A stretch of DNA of 56,624 nucleotides, from assembly GCA_030156825.1 (NCBI GenBank), contig JASGLU010000003.1:1-56624 (forward strand), written 5' to 3'. This document shows positions 40,459 through 50,886 of this stretch, in pieces (positions within the stretch are counted from its first letter, which is position 1; the number at the start of each line of letters is the position of its first letter). The position numbers and the translations under genes were made by a program. This DNA comes from Candidatus Atribacteria bacterium (GTDB lineage: Bacteria > Atribacterota > Atribacteria > Atribacterales > JASGLU01). Under the pieces are notes generated by a model that saw only the letters and a program-made list of their open reading frames with translations, had not been told where the DNA came from and searched no databases.

Positions 40459-41370
40459 TCACATCCCCAGACGTTGGAATAAATCTCTCAAAAATTTAAT
40501 AGAATCTTCAGTTATTTCCCAGGCATTGGGCCAAAAACAAAGGTCAATACACCACCAGGGAGACCGATAACCATTATCTACCAAGGCGGGGATCACCTTT
40601 TCAAAATCCACATACCCAGTCCCAAAGGGAGCATGAGTGCTGGTTTCCTCATCGTGGAGAGTGTTGTCTGAATCAATTAAGTGAACATGGCCAATATATC
40701 CCCGCAGCATTTCTACAAATTCAAGCACTCCCCCTTTTAAAGTCTCTTTGGGTTCTACTTGTTTTGCCCCCACTACAGCACTCATTTGAGCATGGCTGGT
40801 ATCAAAAAGAACTTTGAAATTTTCCCGGTTAACATCGGTATACATTTTTTTCACTTCACTGGGTTTATTAAAAATATAACCGGGCTCAAATTCCCAGACC
40901 ACCATCTTTCCCACATCTTTAGCCTTGTCAGCACATTTTTGAAACATTTCTACTACTCTTTTCCAAGTTTCTTGATAATCCCAATCGCGAGGAAAAGGAG
41001 TCCCAGTAACAGTATCTACTCGAATTTTTTCAAATCCGCAGTCTACACACAACTCAAGCGACCGGTCATACATATCCTCATAGGCCTTTACCATTTTTGG
41101 GTCTCCACTGGCAAAAGGAAAACTCCAAAGGTCAGGAACATAGGCGCTCACTCCTAACCCCGCCTTTTCCAGCATATTTAATAATCCCTTCCTATCTTCT
41201 TTGGTGGGGTAAAGATCTGGATGGGCATGAGGTTTAAACCCTCCCAGCTCGATTCCATCAAATCCTAACTGGGAAAGCTTATGAATTACTTCATCTAAGG
41301 GTACAGGGTGGTCAGCATAAGGACCAATGGTATAAGCCCAACTGCCAATGGATATTTTTGATTGCGCCAA
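40459..41370 (-). CDS. Sugar phosphate isomerase/epimerase family TIM-barrel protein
   Basis: WEFEPG, FDTSHA, HVHLIDSD motifs; TTG start behind AAGGAGG. Confidence 0.85.
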   Translation of the reverse strand: MAQSKISIGSWAYTIGPYADHPVPLDEVIHKLSQLGFDGIELGGFKPHAHPDLYPTKEDRKGLLNMLEKAGLGVSAYVPDLWSFPFASGDPKMVKAYEDMYDRSLELCVDCGFEKIRVDTVTGTPFPRDWDYQETWKRVVEMFQKCADKAKDVGKMVVWEFEPGYIFNKPSEVKKMYTDVNRENFKVLFDTSHAQMSAVVGAKQVEPKETLKGGVLEFVEMLRGYIGHVHLIDSDNTLHDEETSTHAPFGTGYVDFEKVIPALVDNGYRSPWWCIDLCFWPNAWEITEDSIKFLRDLFQRLGM

Positions 41371-41407
41371 GGTTAAACCCTCCTTAATAAGTTAGTTTAA
41401 GTGGTTC

Positions 41408-41435
41408 TAAATACGTTTTTATGAAAACGTATTTA
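41408..41435. promoter_or_regulatory. 12-bp inverted repeat, candidate operator in a divergent promoter region
   Basis: TAAATACGTTTT-TATG-AAAACGTATTTA; TTGACA on - strand at 41466-41471. Confidence 0.55.
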
Positions 41436-41757
41436 TATTTAAAGAGTATATTAAGATTTTTTAATTGTCAATCTTTTCAATTAAAATTAATTGACTAAAA
41501 TTTTTAAACAGGTAAGATGCGCCGTCAGATTCACCCTGTTTCAATTTTTATAAAATTAGGATCTCTCAAAATGGGCATATGATAAAATGAAAATAGATCA
41601 TGAAAATCCGCTTTTGCCGAGTTGGCCTAATTGGAAAGGAGGTGGATAACTATTTTTTCCAGTGAGCAAAGAGCGAAGAACCATTTTTGCTTTTAAAAAA
41701 GTACTTGTTAGAATTAACAAGTCAGAAAATAAAAATAAAGGGGGATTTGATAATATC

Positions 41758-43170
41758 ATGCGAAAAATAGCAATTATTGGTGCGGGAAGCATTGTTTTTT
41801 GTAAAACTTTGATGTTAGATATCATGGCTACTGATGGATTACAAGACACCCTTTTTGCCCTGATGGCCCCCAGCAAACGTAATACTCCAAAAGTTGAGGC
41901 TTTTGCTAATCGGGTTATAAAAGAAAATGACTTACCGACAGAAGTTTATACCACTACAGATAGACGCGATGCTTTAAAGGGGACCGATTATGTAATTTCG
42001 ACATTTCAGGTGGGAGGGGTTAAAGCATTTGAATATGACTGGAAAATTCCTAAAAAATATGGAGTTGATCAGTGTATTGGTGATACCTTGGGTCCAGGAG
42101 GTATTTTTCGTGCCTTAAGAAGCATCCCTGTTACGTTGGATATGGCAAAAGACATGGAAGAACTTTGCCCAAGAGCATTACTACTCAATTATGTTAACCC
42201 GATGGCCATGGTTTGTTGGGCCCTGGGAGAAAGCAAGGTTAACTTCGTAGGACTGTGCCACGGGGTCCAAACTACATTAGATTTAATCGCCGGTTATGTT
42301 GGCGTACCAAAAGAAGAAATTGATTTTATATGCGCTGGAATCAATCATATGGCCTGGTTTATTAAATTGGAAAAGGACGGACAAGATTTATATCCTATTC
42401 TAAAAGACAAGTTTGAACGGCCAGAATATTACGTAAATGAGAAGGTGCGTGGTGAAGTATTGCGCCAGTTTGGTTATTTTATGACCGAATCTACAGGTCA
42501 CCTCTCAGAGTATGTACCATGGTTTCGAAAAAATCAGAAATCACTTGATATGTATTGTGATGAACCTGATTTCGGCGGTGAAGCAGGAGCCTACTATAAA
42601 TGGTGTGCCCATGTAGCCGAGAAGTATAGTAACAGGGACATGTTAGCAGAAGAACCAACTAAATTACCTCCACGTAGCGTTGAATACGGCTCTTATATTA
42701 TTGAAGCGATAGAAAACCGTAAGCCTTTTAAGTTCAACGGTAATGTCCGAAATGATGGTATGATTACTAACCTGCCGGATGATTGTTGTGCAGAAGGTCC
42801 CATATACGCAGATGGAAATGGGCTGCACAAAACTATCGTTGGAGCACTGCCACCTCAGTGTGCTGCTTTAAACATGACTAATATAAATGTTCAACGCTTA
42901 GCAGTACTTGCAGCCAAAAGCGGAGATCCAGAAATCGTTGTCCAAGCCTGCGCAATGGACCCGTTAACCGGAGCCGTTCTCAATTTACATGAAATACGAG
43001 AAATGGCAAGCGAAATGTTAGAAGCGGAAAAACAGTGGTTACCTCAGTTTGAAGGTAAAAGTATTAGAAAAACTCCAATCATTAGTATCCCTAAAAATGT
43101 TCAGCGAGCAGAAGTCCCAGTAGACCCCGCTTTAGCTATCATTCATCGCTTTGAAAAGCTGGCAGAATAA
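41758..43170 (+). CDS. melA: GH4 NAD-dependent alpha-galactosidase/glycosidase
   Basis: IIGAGSIVF, QCIGDTLGPGG, LNYVNPM, VGLCHGVQ, GINHMAW, TESTGHLSEY. Confidence 0.8.
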   Translation: MRKIAIIGAGSIVFCKTLMLDIMATDGLQDTLFALMAPSKRNTPKVEAFANRVIKENDLPTEVYTTTDRRDALKGTDYVISTFQVGGVKAFEYDWKIPKKYGVDQCIGDTLGPGGIFRALRSIPVTLDMAKDMEELCPRALLLNYVNPMAMVCWALGESKVNFVGLCHGVQTTLDLIAGYVGVPKEEIDFICAGINHMAWFIKLEKDGQDLYPILKDKFERPEYYVNEKVRGEVLRQFGYFMTESTGHLSEYVPWFRKNQKSLDMYCDEPDFGGEAGAYYKWCAHVAEKYSNRDMLAEEPTKLPPRSVEYGSYIIEAIENRKPFKFNGNVRNDGMITNLPDDCCAEGPIYADGNGLHKTIVGALPPQCAALNMTNINVQRLAVLAAKSGDPEIVVQACAMDPLTGAVLNLHEIREMASEMLEAEKQWLPQFEGKSIRKTPIISIPKNVQRAEVPVDPALAIIHRFEKLAE

Positions 43171-43177
43171 TTTAGAA

Positions 43178-43232
43178 TACAAGAAGAGGAGCAACCCAGG
43201 TCTTATGAGGATCGGCTGCCCCTCTTCTTGTA
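43178..43232. terminator. Stem-loop between convergent genes
   Basis: TACAAGAAGAGG..CCTCTTCTTGTA. Confidence 0.65.
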
Positions 43233-43344
43233 AACAAATATCCCCCTAACCAAACGAGTTCCATTATTTTATACCCAAGAAGCAAAACATAGATAACAGG
43301 CTGTTGTTAACATAGCAAGTAATAAAAATAGAGCCCAATTAATA

Positions 43345-44187
43345 CTATTGCTCCCAGTTCTTTTTCAAAAACTCAAGACCCTGTCGGGCAATGTAATCAC
43401 TATCGGGGGCCAGGGGTCTCCAGATAGAAGCTGCTCGAGCAATTTCTTTAACTCCCGGAACAAAAGATTCGATGACCAGATCCCCCTGGTAATTTATTTC
43501 CCGTAGGGCCCGAAATACTTCGTTCCATTCTACATGCCCCTCTCCGGGAGTTCCTCGGTCATTTTCACAGGTATGAACATGAAAGAGGTGCCTCCCTGTT
43601 TGTTTTATTGCCCGATAAAGAGATTTTTCCTCTATATTCATGTGAAAAGTATCGAGATGGATTCCCACCCAGGGATTATCTACCTCTTCTACCAACCGGA
43701 CAGCATCTTCGGCGGTATTCAAAAAATAAGTTTCAAAGCGGTTTAAGGGTTCCAAGGCCAGCTTGACCTGGCAATCTTCTGCTACTTTAGCTAATTCCTT
43801 AAGTCCTTCTACTGCTCTTTTCCATTCTTCTTTTGTCCGGCTCTGACCAGTGAGTTTACCCACAGCCGAATAGCAGGGACCACACAATACCGTCCCCCTC
43901 CAGGCAGAGAGCATCTTTAAACAACGGGAAAAATACTCCTTCGCTTCCTGGCGAATCTCAGCTTTATCGCTGATTAAATCTCTCCTTTCTCCCACCACCG
44001 CACAACCAGTTACCCGCAACCCGTTTTCTTCTAAAAGATGTTTGGTTTTTTCTACATCGATTTCATCCAGCAAATCCAGAGGTATTTCTACTACATCAAA
44101 CCCCAGATTTCGCACCAAAGGGAAAAGCTGCTCCCCCTTATCAGTATAAGCTGCTGTCCAAAGAAAAAGGTTAACTCCGTAAACCAT
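43345..44187 (-). CDS. D-tagatose/D-psicose 3-epimerase family ketose epimerase
   Basis: LEPLNRFET, HLDTFHMNIEE, HVHTCENDRG, VIESF, IWR. Confidence 0.88.
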   Translation of the reverse strand: MVYGVNLFLWTAAYTDKGEQLFPLVRNLGFDVVEIPLDLLDEIDVEKTKHLLEENGLRVTGCAVVGERRDLISDKAEIRQEAKEYFSRCLKMLSAWRGTVLCGPCYSAVGKLTGQSRTKEEWKRAVEGLKELAKVAEDCQVKLALEPLNRFETYFLNTAEDAVRLVEEVDNPWVGIHLDTFHMNIEEKSLYRAIKQTGRHLFHVHTCENDRGTPGEGHVEWNEVFRALREINYQGDLVIESFVPGVKEIARAASIWRPLAPDSDYIARQGLEFLKKNWEQ

Positions 44188-44200
44188 ATTTCATCCTCCT

Positions 44201-45286
44201 TCACCAGATTCTCTCTTCTGTTTGACGGTCAAAAATATGAAGCTTATTTTCCTTAAAATTAAAGAAAATTTGTTCCCCTACAGTAAAGCGAGCTTTTTCT
44301 TCACTTCTCACTCGAAGAAAATAACCATCGAGGCGCAAACGAACGATTTGCAAAAGCCCTAAGGGTTCGATTATCTCTACCTCCCCCGGATAAAACCCCT
44401 CTTTTTGCTCGCGAGAGATTAAGATGTCTTCCGGCCTTACCCCCAAGTAAATCTGAGCGGAAGAAAGCTTTCCCAAAGCAGTTTGAGCAATCTCCTTTGT
44501 AAGAGGCAGAACAAAACATCCCGGCCCCACATTAAGATTTGTTCCTTCTAAAATAGCAGGAATAAAGTTCATGCTCGGGCTCCCCACCAAATCAGCCACA
44601 AATAAATTACGAGGTTGGTGGTAAATCTCAGCTGGGGTTCCTTCCTGCATTAAATGACCGTTTTTTATTACCGCCACCCAGTCAGCCATAGAGAGAGCTT
44701 CTGCCTGATCCGGAGTGGCGTAAAAGAAAGTAGCCCCGCTTTCTGTCTGTAACCTTTTTAATTCCGTTCTCATCTCTTCTCTGATTTTAGCATCTAAATT
44801 GGTGAGAGGTTCATCCAGAAGGAAAATTCGGGAGTCTCTCACCAAAGAACGAGCAATAGCTACCCTCTGCATTTCTCCTCCACTGATAAAAATAGGTTTG
44901 CGGTCCAGGAGTTGCTCAATATGCAGAAGTCTGGCTGTTTCTTTCACTTTTTTATCTATTTCTTCCCGGGAAAAACCACGAATACGTAAAGGAGAGGTAA
45001 TATTTTCGAAAACAGTATAACGGGGATAGAGAGAGAAATTTTGAAAGACAAAGGCCACATCTCGCTCTTTAGGAGGCAAATCGTTAATTAGAATTCCATC
45101 AATTTTTATTTCTCCCTCATTCGGCTTTTCTAAGCCTGCCACACAACGCAAGGTGGTAGTTTTTCCTGCTCCAGTAGGACCTAAGAGAACAGTGATTTTC
45201 CCACTTTTTACTTCCAGAGAGAGTTTAGAGATCGCCATCGTGCGTCCAAATTTTTTGGTTAAATTAGTAATTGACAGATTAGACAT
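44201..45286 (-). CDS. CUT1 ABC ATPase with degenerate H-loop
   Basis: GPTGAGKT, ISGGEMQR, LDEPLTNLD, YATPDQ in place of THDQ. Confidence 0.9.
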   Translation of the reverse strand: MSNLSITNLTKKFGRTMAISKLSLEVKSGKITVLLGPTGAGKTTTLRCVAGLEKPNEGEIKIDGILINDLPPKERDVAFVFQNFSLYPRYTVFENITSPLRIRGFSREEIDKKVKETARLLHIEQLLDRKPIFISGGEMQRVAIARSLVRDSRIFLLDEPLTNLDAKIREEMRTELKRLQTESGATFFYATPDQAEALSMADWVAVIKNGHLMQEGTPAEIYHQPRNLFVADLVGSPSMNFIPAILEGTNLNVGPGCFVLPLTKEIAQTALGKLSSAQIYLGVRPEDILISREQKEGFYPGEVEIIEPLGLLQIVRLRLDGYFLRVRSEEKARFTVGEQIFFNFKENKLHIFDRQTEERIW

Positions 45287-45297
45287 CTTGTTTCCTC

Positions 45298-46374
45298 TCA
45301 AGCAACGAGTTTTTCAGTTTGAGCGTCGAAAATTCTGATTTCCTTAAAATGTAGATTCACTATCTCCCCCGATGAAAGATATATGTCTCCTGGCAAAACC
45401 GCTTTGACCAAGTGTCCATCGATTTTAAAAGTAACCACATTTTCTGCCCCCAGAGGTTCAAAAACATAAACCTCGGCTTTTATAGTACCTTCCTCAGTCA
45501 GTGCTATGTTTTCTGGTCTCACCCCTAAAATCACCTTGCGGGAGGTATCTTGTTTCTCCATAGCTCGTAGCTGCTCTTCCTCCAAGGGAATAAAATAACT
45601 ACCATTAATAATCACTCCCAATCGCTCTTTTTGTAATAATTCCCCCGGAATAAAATTCATACCTGGACTACCAATAAAACGGGCCACAAAAAGGTTGGCC
45701 GGGTAGTGATATACCTCATGAGGCGATCCGATCTGTTGAACATCACCAAAGTTCATTACCACAATTTTATCTGCCATAGTCATAGCCTCTACCTGATCAT
45801 GAGTAACATAAATAGTAGTCGCCTTTATAGACCTCTGCAGTTTCTTGAGTTCTCCCCGGGTTATCTCCCTCAGTTTAGCATCGATATTAGAAAGGGGCTC
45901 ATCTAACAAAAAAACTCGGGGACGTCGCACAATTGCTCGACCTAACGCTACTCTCTGTCTCTGGCCACCGGTCAGCTTTCGGGGTTTTTGGTGTTTAATT
46001 CCATCTATCTGTAAAAACTTGAGCACTTCTTCTGTTCTCTTTTCTACCTCTTCCTTAGGTAAACCTTCTGCTCGTAGAGGAAAAGCCACATTATCATATA
46101 CTGAAAGATGGGGATAAAGGGCATAGAGTTGGAAAACAAAAGCAATGTTGCGAGCAGCTGGTCCCAGGTCAGTTACATCTTCTTGATCGAAAAAAATTCT
46201 TCCGGAATCAGGAACTTCCAGACCAGCGATACAGCGCAAAGTAGTAGTTTTGCCACATCCTGAGGGCCCAAGAAGAACAACAAACTCCCCCTCTTCTACT
46301 TGAAAAGAGATTTCCTTAATCGCCTCCACCTGGCCAAATCTTTTAGATAAGTGTTCTACTCGAACTAAGGACAT
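45298..46374 (-). CDS. CUT1 ABC ATPase (MalK-like)
   Basis: GPSGCGKT, LDEPLSNID, VTHDQ; real start MSLVRVE at 46374. Confidence 0.9.
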   Translation of the reverse strand: MSLVRVEHLSKRFGQVEAIKEISFQVEEGEFVVLLGPSGCGKTTTLRCIAGLEVPDSGRIFFDQEDVTDLGPAARNIAFVFQLYALYPHLSVYDNVAFPLRAEGLPKEEVEKRTEEVLKFLQIDGIKHQKPRKLTGGQRQRVALGRAIVRRPRVFLLDEPLSNIDAKLREITRGELKKLQRSIKATTIYVTHDQVEAMTMADKIVVMNFGDVQQIGSPHEVYHYPANLFVARFIGSPGMNFIPGELLQKERLGVIINGSYFIPLEEEQLRAMEKQDTSRKVILGVRPENIALTEEGTIKAEVYVFEPLGAENVVTFKIDGHLVKAVLPGDIYLSSGEIVNLHFKEIRIFDAQTEKLVA

Positions 46375-46378
46375 CTCA

Positions 46379-46582
46379 TTATGCCCCCTTCCTCTCCTCG
46401 AGCTCCTCCAAAGAGGGAATGTGAGAGAACAAGATATAAAGTCCAGCCCCAATCCCCAAAAAAGCAAACCCATAATGATAAAGAAAAAAAGTAAACGGTT
46501 GACAAAGACTAAAGATGCCAAAAAGAATCATTCCCATTGAGAATGGTTCCATAAATTTTTTTAACCGAGCAAAATACCACAC
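46379..46582 (-). CDS. Small two-TM membrane protein within the ABC operon
   Basis: 67 aa hydrophobic ORF tightly packed between permease and ATPase, RBS AAGGAG. Confidence 0.7.
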   Translation of the reverse strand: MWYFARLKKFMEPFSMGMILFGIFSLCQPFTFFLYHYGFAFLGIGAGLYILFSHIPSLEELEERKGA

Positions 46583-46588
46583 AGTTAT

Positions 46589-47476
46589 CTACTCCTTTAT
46601 CGCACCAAAGGTAAAACCTCGAACCAAATTATCCCCAAGAAGGAAAGTAAAAATCACCACTGGAATTACCATCAGAAAAGACCCGGCTGCAATTTGCCCC
46701 CAATTAACACCAGCCGTTCCCAGAGATTGGGCAATACCAGGAATAGCAGTACGAGCGTTCTCTCCCGTTAAAAGAAGGGCAAAGGTAAATTCATTCCAGG
46801 TCATAACCAGATTAAAAATGGCAGTAGCTGCCATCCCTACTCTCATTTCCGGAAAAACAAATTTGAAAAAAGCTTGAAACCGGGAGTAACCATCTACCAA
46901 AGCCACTTCCTCATACTCTTTGGGGATATCATCTATAAAACTTATCATCATCCACACCGAAAAAGCTAAATTGAAAGCAGTATACATGATGATAAGGCCA
47001 CCCCTGGTGTCAAAAAGCCCCAGAGCTCGACACATAATAACCAACGGTATAGCAACCACTACCGGAGGTAGCATACGACTACTTAAAATCACAAACAGAA
47101 GGTCATCTTTTCCCCGAACAGTCATTCGCGAGAAAACATATCCCGAAAGAGCCCCCAAAAAAGTAGCCAGAATAGTGCTGATAAAAGAAACAATAATACT
47201 ATTAGTAAACTGCCGTGCAAAAGCCGAAGGTTTGGATTCCACCTCAATACCTCTCACCCTTCCCAGTGCTCCGCCTGTGCCAGTGAAGAAAATATCCCGG
47301 AAGTTGTTAAATTGAGGTTTCCAAATCCACTTGGGAGGAAAAGAAAAAGCCTCCGCTTTGCTTTTGGTAGCAGTAGAAAACATCCAATAAATGGGGAAAA
47401 AGTAAACCACCAGTATAACCAACAAAACCACTACGATAACTCGATTTTTAGCTTTTCTTCTTTGAAATTCATTCAT
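46589..47476 (-). CDS. CUT1 ABC permease (MalG-like)
   Basis: RMLPPVVVAIP, EYEEVALVDG, WNEFTFA. Confidence 0.9.
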   Translation of the reverse strand: MNEFQRRKAKNRVIVVVLLVILVVYFFPIYWMFSTATKSKAEAFSFPPKWIWKPQFNNFRDIFFTGTGGALGRVRGIEVESKPSAFARQFTNSIIVSFISTILATFLGALSGYVFSRMTVRGKDDLLFVILSSRMLPPVVVAIPLVIMCRALGLFDTRGGLIIMYTAFNLAFSVWMMISFIDDIPKEYEEVALVDGYSRFQAFFKFVFPEMRVGMAATAIFNLVMTWNEFTFALLLTGENARTAIPGIAQSLGTAGVNWGQIAAGSFLMVIPVVIFTFLLGDNLVRGFTFGAIKE

Positions 47477-47486
47477 GGTTTTCCCC

Positions 47487-48395
47487 CTAAGCCCGTCGAA
47501 CACGATTGAGATAATTAATATAGATATTGCTTAAAGCAATAACAATAATTAAAAGAATATAAGCCAAAGCACAAGACCTACCCGTATGCCAATAGGAAAA
47601 AGCTAACTTATAAATGTAAATGTAATAAGGAATAAGTTGAGTGGAATAGCCTGGCCCGCCTTCAGTTAGAACATAAATCACATCAAAAAATCGGAAAGCA
47701 TCCATAGTCCGGAAAAGAAGTGCTAAAGTAAGAACCGGAGCGACATAAGGCAAGGTAATGTAGCGAAATTTAAACCAGCCTGAGGCCCGGTCCACATCGG
47801 CTGCTTCGTAAAGGTAACGAGGCACACTGGAAAGTCCTGCCAAACTCAAAAGCACTATAAATGGAGTCCAAATCCAAACATCAGTGATTACTAAGGAATA
47901 AATAGCATACTCATAGCTGGTGGTCCAGGCAATTTTAGGAATTCCAAAAAGTGCCCCTAAAATATAATTGACAATTCCCCAATTGGTATCTAACATAAAA
48001 CGGAAAAACTTACCCACCACCACCGGAGAAAACATCATGGGAAGAATAAAAAGAGTGGTTAAGACTCTTTTCCCATAAAATTCCCGATTTAAAAGCATGG
48101 CAATACCAAAGCCTAAAATAAATTCGAAAATTACTGCCAAAAGCACGAATTCCCCGGTAGCCACAAATCTTTCCCATACATCTTTTTGTTGAAAAAGAAA
48201 ACTATAGTTCTTAACTCCTATAAAAACCGGTGGATTAGCCGTATTAGCTGAATAATTGCAAAAACTTAAATAGAGCGACCAGACCAAAGGAAATACTATC
48301 AGGAAAAGCAAGAAGGCAAAGGTAGGTAAAAGGAAAAAGTAGAGCATCCCTCGATCTGTTACCCGGTTGGCCCAGGTATTCTGGATTCCTGGCAA
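47487..48395 (-). CDS. CUT1 ABC permease (MalF-like)
   Basis: DVWIWTPF, YEAADVD, MDAFRFFD. Confidence 0.9.
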   Translation of the reverse strand: MPGIQNTWANRVTDRGMLYFFLLPTFAFLLFLIVFPLVWSLYLSFCNYSANTANPPVFIGVKNYSFLFQQKDVWERFVATGEFVLLAVIFEFILGFGIAMLLNREFYGKRVLTTLFILPMMFSPVVVGKFFRFMLDTNWGIVNYILGALFGIPKIAWTTSYEYAIYSLVITDVWIWTPFIVLLSLAGLSSVPRYLYEAADVDRASGWFKFRYITLPYVAPVLTLALLFRTMDAFRFFDVIYVLTEGGPGYSTQLIPYYIYIYKLAFSYWHTGRSCALAYILLIIVIALSNIYINYLNRVRRA

Positions 48396-48414
48396 CTTAT
48401 TCCCTCCTAAGTCT

Positions 48415-48452
48415 TTGCTCTATCGGGGGGCAGTTGCCCCCCGATAGAGCAA
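48415..48452 (-). terminator. 18-bp stem-loop after binding-protein gene
   Basis: TTGCTCTATCGGGGGGCA-GT-TGCCCCCCGATAGAGCAA. Confidence 0.65.
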
Positions 48453-48459
48453 TAATTTC

Positions 48460-49778
48460 TCAGTCATAGTATCCGGCCATTTCCAAAATTACTTCATGCC
48501 GTTCAGCAATAAGGTCCATCGCCTCTTCAGGAGTGTACCTTCCCAAAAGAGCAGCATTTATGATTTCAGCCATTACTGTTCCCATTTCATTGTATTCAGG
48601 AATTTCCCAATAATCACGAAGTACAGGATAACTAGCTCGAGCCACCTTGTTAACCGGGGCGAAATCAAGATACTGGTCATCTTCTACAATAGATTTAAGA
48701 CAACTAAACATCCCTGCCTGTGCCCATTTCCACTGTACTTCAGGGGAAATCCACCATTCCAAGAATTTTAGGGCTTCTTCTTTGTGGGGGCTATAAGCAG
48801 AAATGGACATCCCCTGTCCACCTAACTGGACCCACCATTCTTTCTCCCGAGGGGTGGGACAAAAGTCAATTTTATCCCAATACAGGGAAAGATCGGGATC
48901 CAACAAACCAGGATAAAAAGCAAGGTAAGTAGTCATCATGGCTATTAAACCTTGCTGCATAGCAGTATTCACTTCATCCATACCATAGTTGGTAGAACCA
49001 GGAGGACAAAATTGATAAAGGTCTACCCAGAAACGAGCAACTTCTTTACCAACTTCATTGTTGAGGATACTTTTTACTCTTTTGGTTTCCGGATCCCATA
49101 GTTCTCCTCCAAAGGACCACAAACAGCCTAAAAATACATCAGTCAACCCCCCCCCGAGGGTATGGGCGCTTGCCACAGACCTACTCCATAGAGATTCTGC
49201 TCCGGACGAGTAAAGAACTCAGCTATATCTCGGAGCTGGCTCCAAGTCTCAGGAGGCTTAAGGTTATAACCATATTTTTCTTTAAAAGCAGCTTGTTCTG
49301 TAGGGTCATCAAAAAGATCAGTTCGGTAAGCCATTCCACAAAAGTCCCCCAGGGCTGGCACTCCATAGTACTTACCACTTCCATCGGGGTACTCGCAGAA
49401 GGATTCAACAAAAGTCTCATAGTAATCTTCAGGATTTACATGCTGGTTAAACCAGTCAGTAATATCTACTAAATGGTTACCCACTACTGCTTCCCCTAAC
49501 CACTGAGAATCAGGGAGAACGATGTCGAAGCTAGTTTTTCCCGAAGCAAATTCGGTAAATACCTTATCGTGGTATTGGGGCCAAGGGATGGGATCTCCTT
49601 TTACCTTTATCCCGGTCTGAGCAGTAAAATCTTCTGCAAGAGCAATCAGGGTGTCCATTGGAGCCCAAGCTGCCCAAGTGATAGTAAGCGTAACTTCTTC
49701 TTTCTCCTGAGCAACTGCACCTCCTACTAAACCTATCACTAAAAACATTACCAAAATTAACAGAATTGGTTTACGCAT
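48460..49778 (-). pseudogene. CUT1 substrate-binding protein frameshifted at a G9 tract
   Basis: ORFs 49143-49778 and 48460-49176 join into about 439 aa if the C9 run at 49147-49155 is C10 (or C7). Confidence 0.8.
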
Positions 49779-49917
49779 TAGTAACCCTCCTTTTTTCTAA
49801 AATAAAAATACTAAAACAATCTACTATCTAAAACTACTTTCACCCTTTTTTCTCCCACCTCCTTTTTTAAAACTTTGGCTCTATCTCAGGGTCAAATTTT
49901 AATAGCATTCATCACTC

Positions 49918-50758
49918 TCAAGCATACTTAAACTTAATCTTACCTTCCTTTTGTCGAGCTTCGGTTAAAATAGAGGCATACTCTCGATCGTGGGTAGCAC
50001 ATCCTGTATTTTTCTGGCGTACTAGAAGTTCCATACAGTTATCACAGAGAGTACACCATTTTATTTCCTGGGTTTTACCTGCCTTTAACTTGACTGGAAG
50101 TAAGGGGTCAGCAAAAGACTGCCTACCAATAGCTACCAAATCTACTACTCCATCTCGGATATTTTTATCTCCCCAGTAAAGCAGGTTATTTTTACCTTCT
50201 TCTACTCCTTGAAAACCATTTTTACCATCTCGAAAAACAGAATAAGCTGAACCGATAACCGCTACTTTTGGAGACACAACTTTCTTTACTTCTCTCTGAA
50301 AAGTATGGTGAAGATAAGCATAATCAGGAACTCTTTTATCCGGATGGGCCAATGCCACAGTAAGGTTGGGATTACCAGCCGAAACTAAGATAAAATCAGC
50401 CCCACGCTCTTCTAACCCCCGAATCAAATCCAAAGGCTCAGAAAGGTCCATACAAGAAGTATCCGGACCAGCACATCCCTGACCTCCAGGAATTCCTTCC
50501 CACATGGTTATCTTAGATCCTATCAGAAAGTTAGGATCGCTAATTTCTTTGGCAATTCTCTCATAAATCTCGTACGCGAAACGGCGCCGATTTTCCCATG
50601 GTCCACCATATTTCCAGTTTCGATCGTTATAGGGTCGCAAAATCTGAGTACCCAGATAACCGTGGCACAACTTTATATCCACCCCATCAGCACCTGCATC
50701 ATGGGCAATCTTAGCTCCCAGTACAAACTGGTCTATAATTTCATCCACTTCGTCTTTA
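49918..50758 (-). pseudogene. OYE/NADH:flavin oxidoreductase, N-terminus cut off by IS21
   Basis: Homology begins mid-domain (DEVDEIIDQF..AGADGVDIKLCHGYL); the IS21 end abuts at 50759. Confidence 0.8.
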
Positions 50759-50886
50759 TGTTTGGTAGAATAGAAATGCAGCACAGTGGAAGTTAAAAAA
50801 TACAGCAGGAAATAGAAACTCCATTGCCAGCACCCTTAAAATAAATTACCCTTTTAGAAGCTGAATCTAAAGGGGGTAAAGAAAGG

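Noticed and set aside
46375-46521. Hydrophobic N-terminal extension on the ATPase
   Set aside because: Alternate frame of the 67-aa gene; the ATPase starts at 46374
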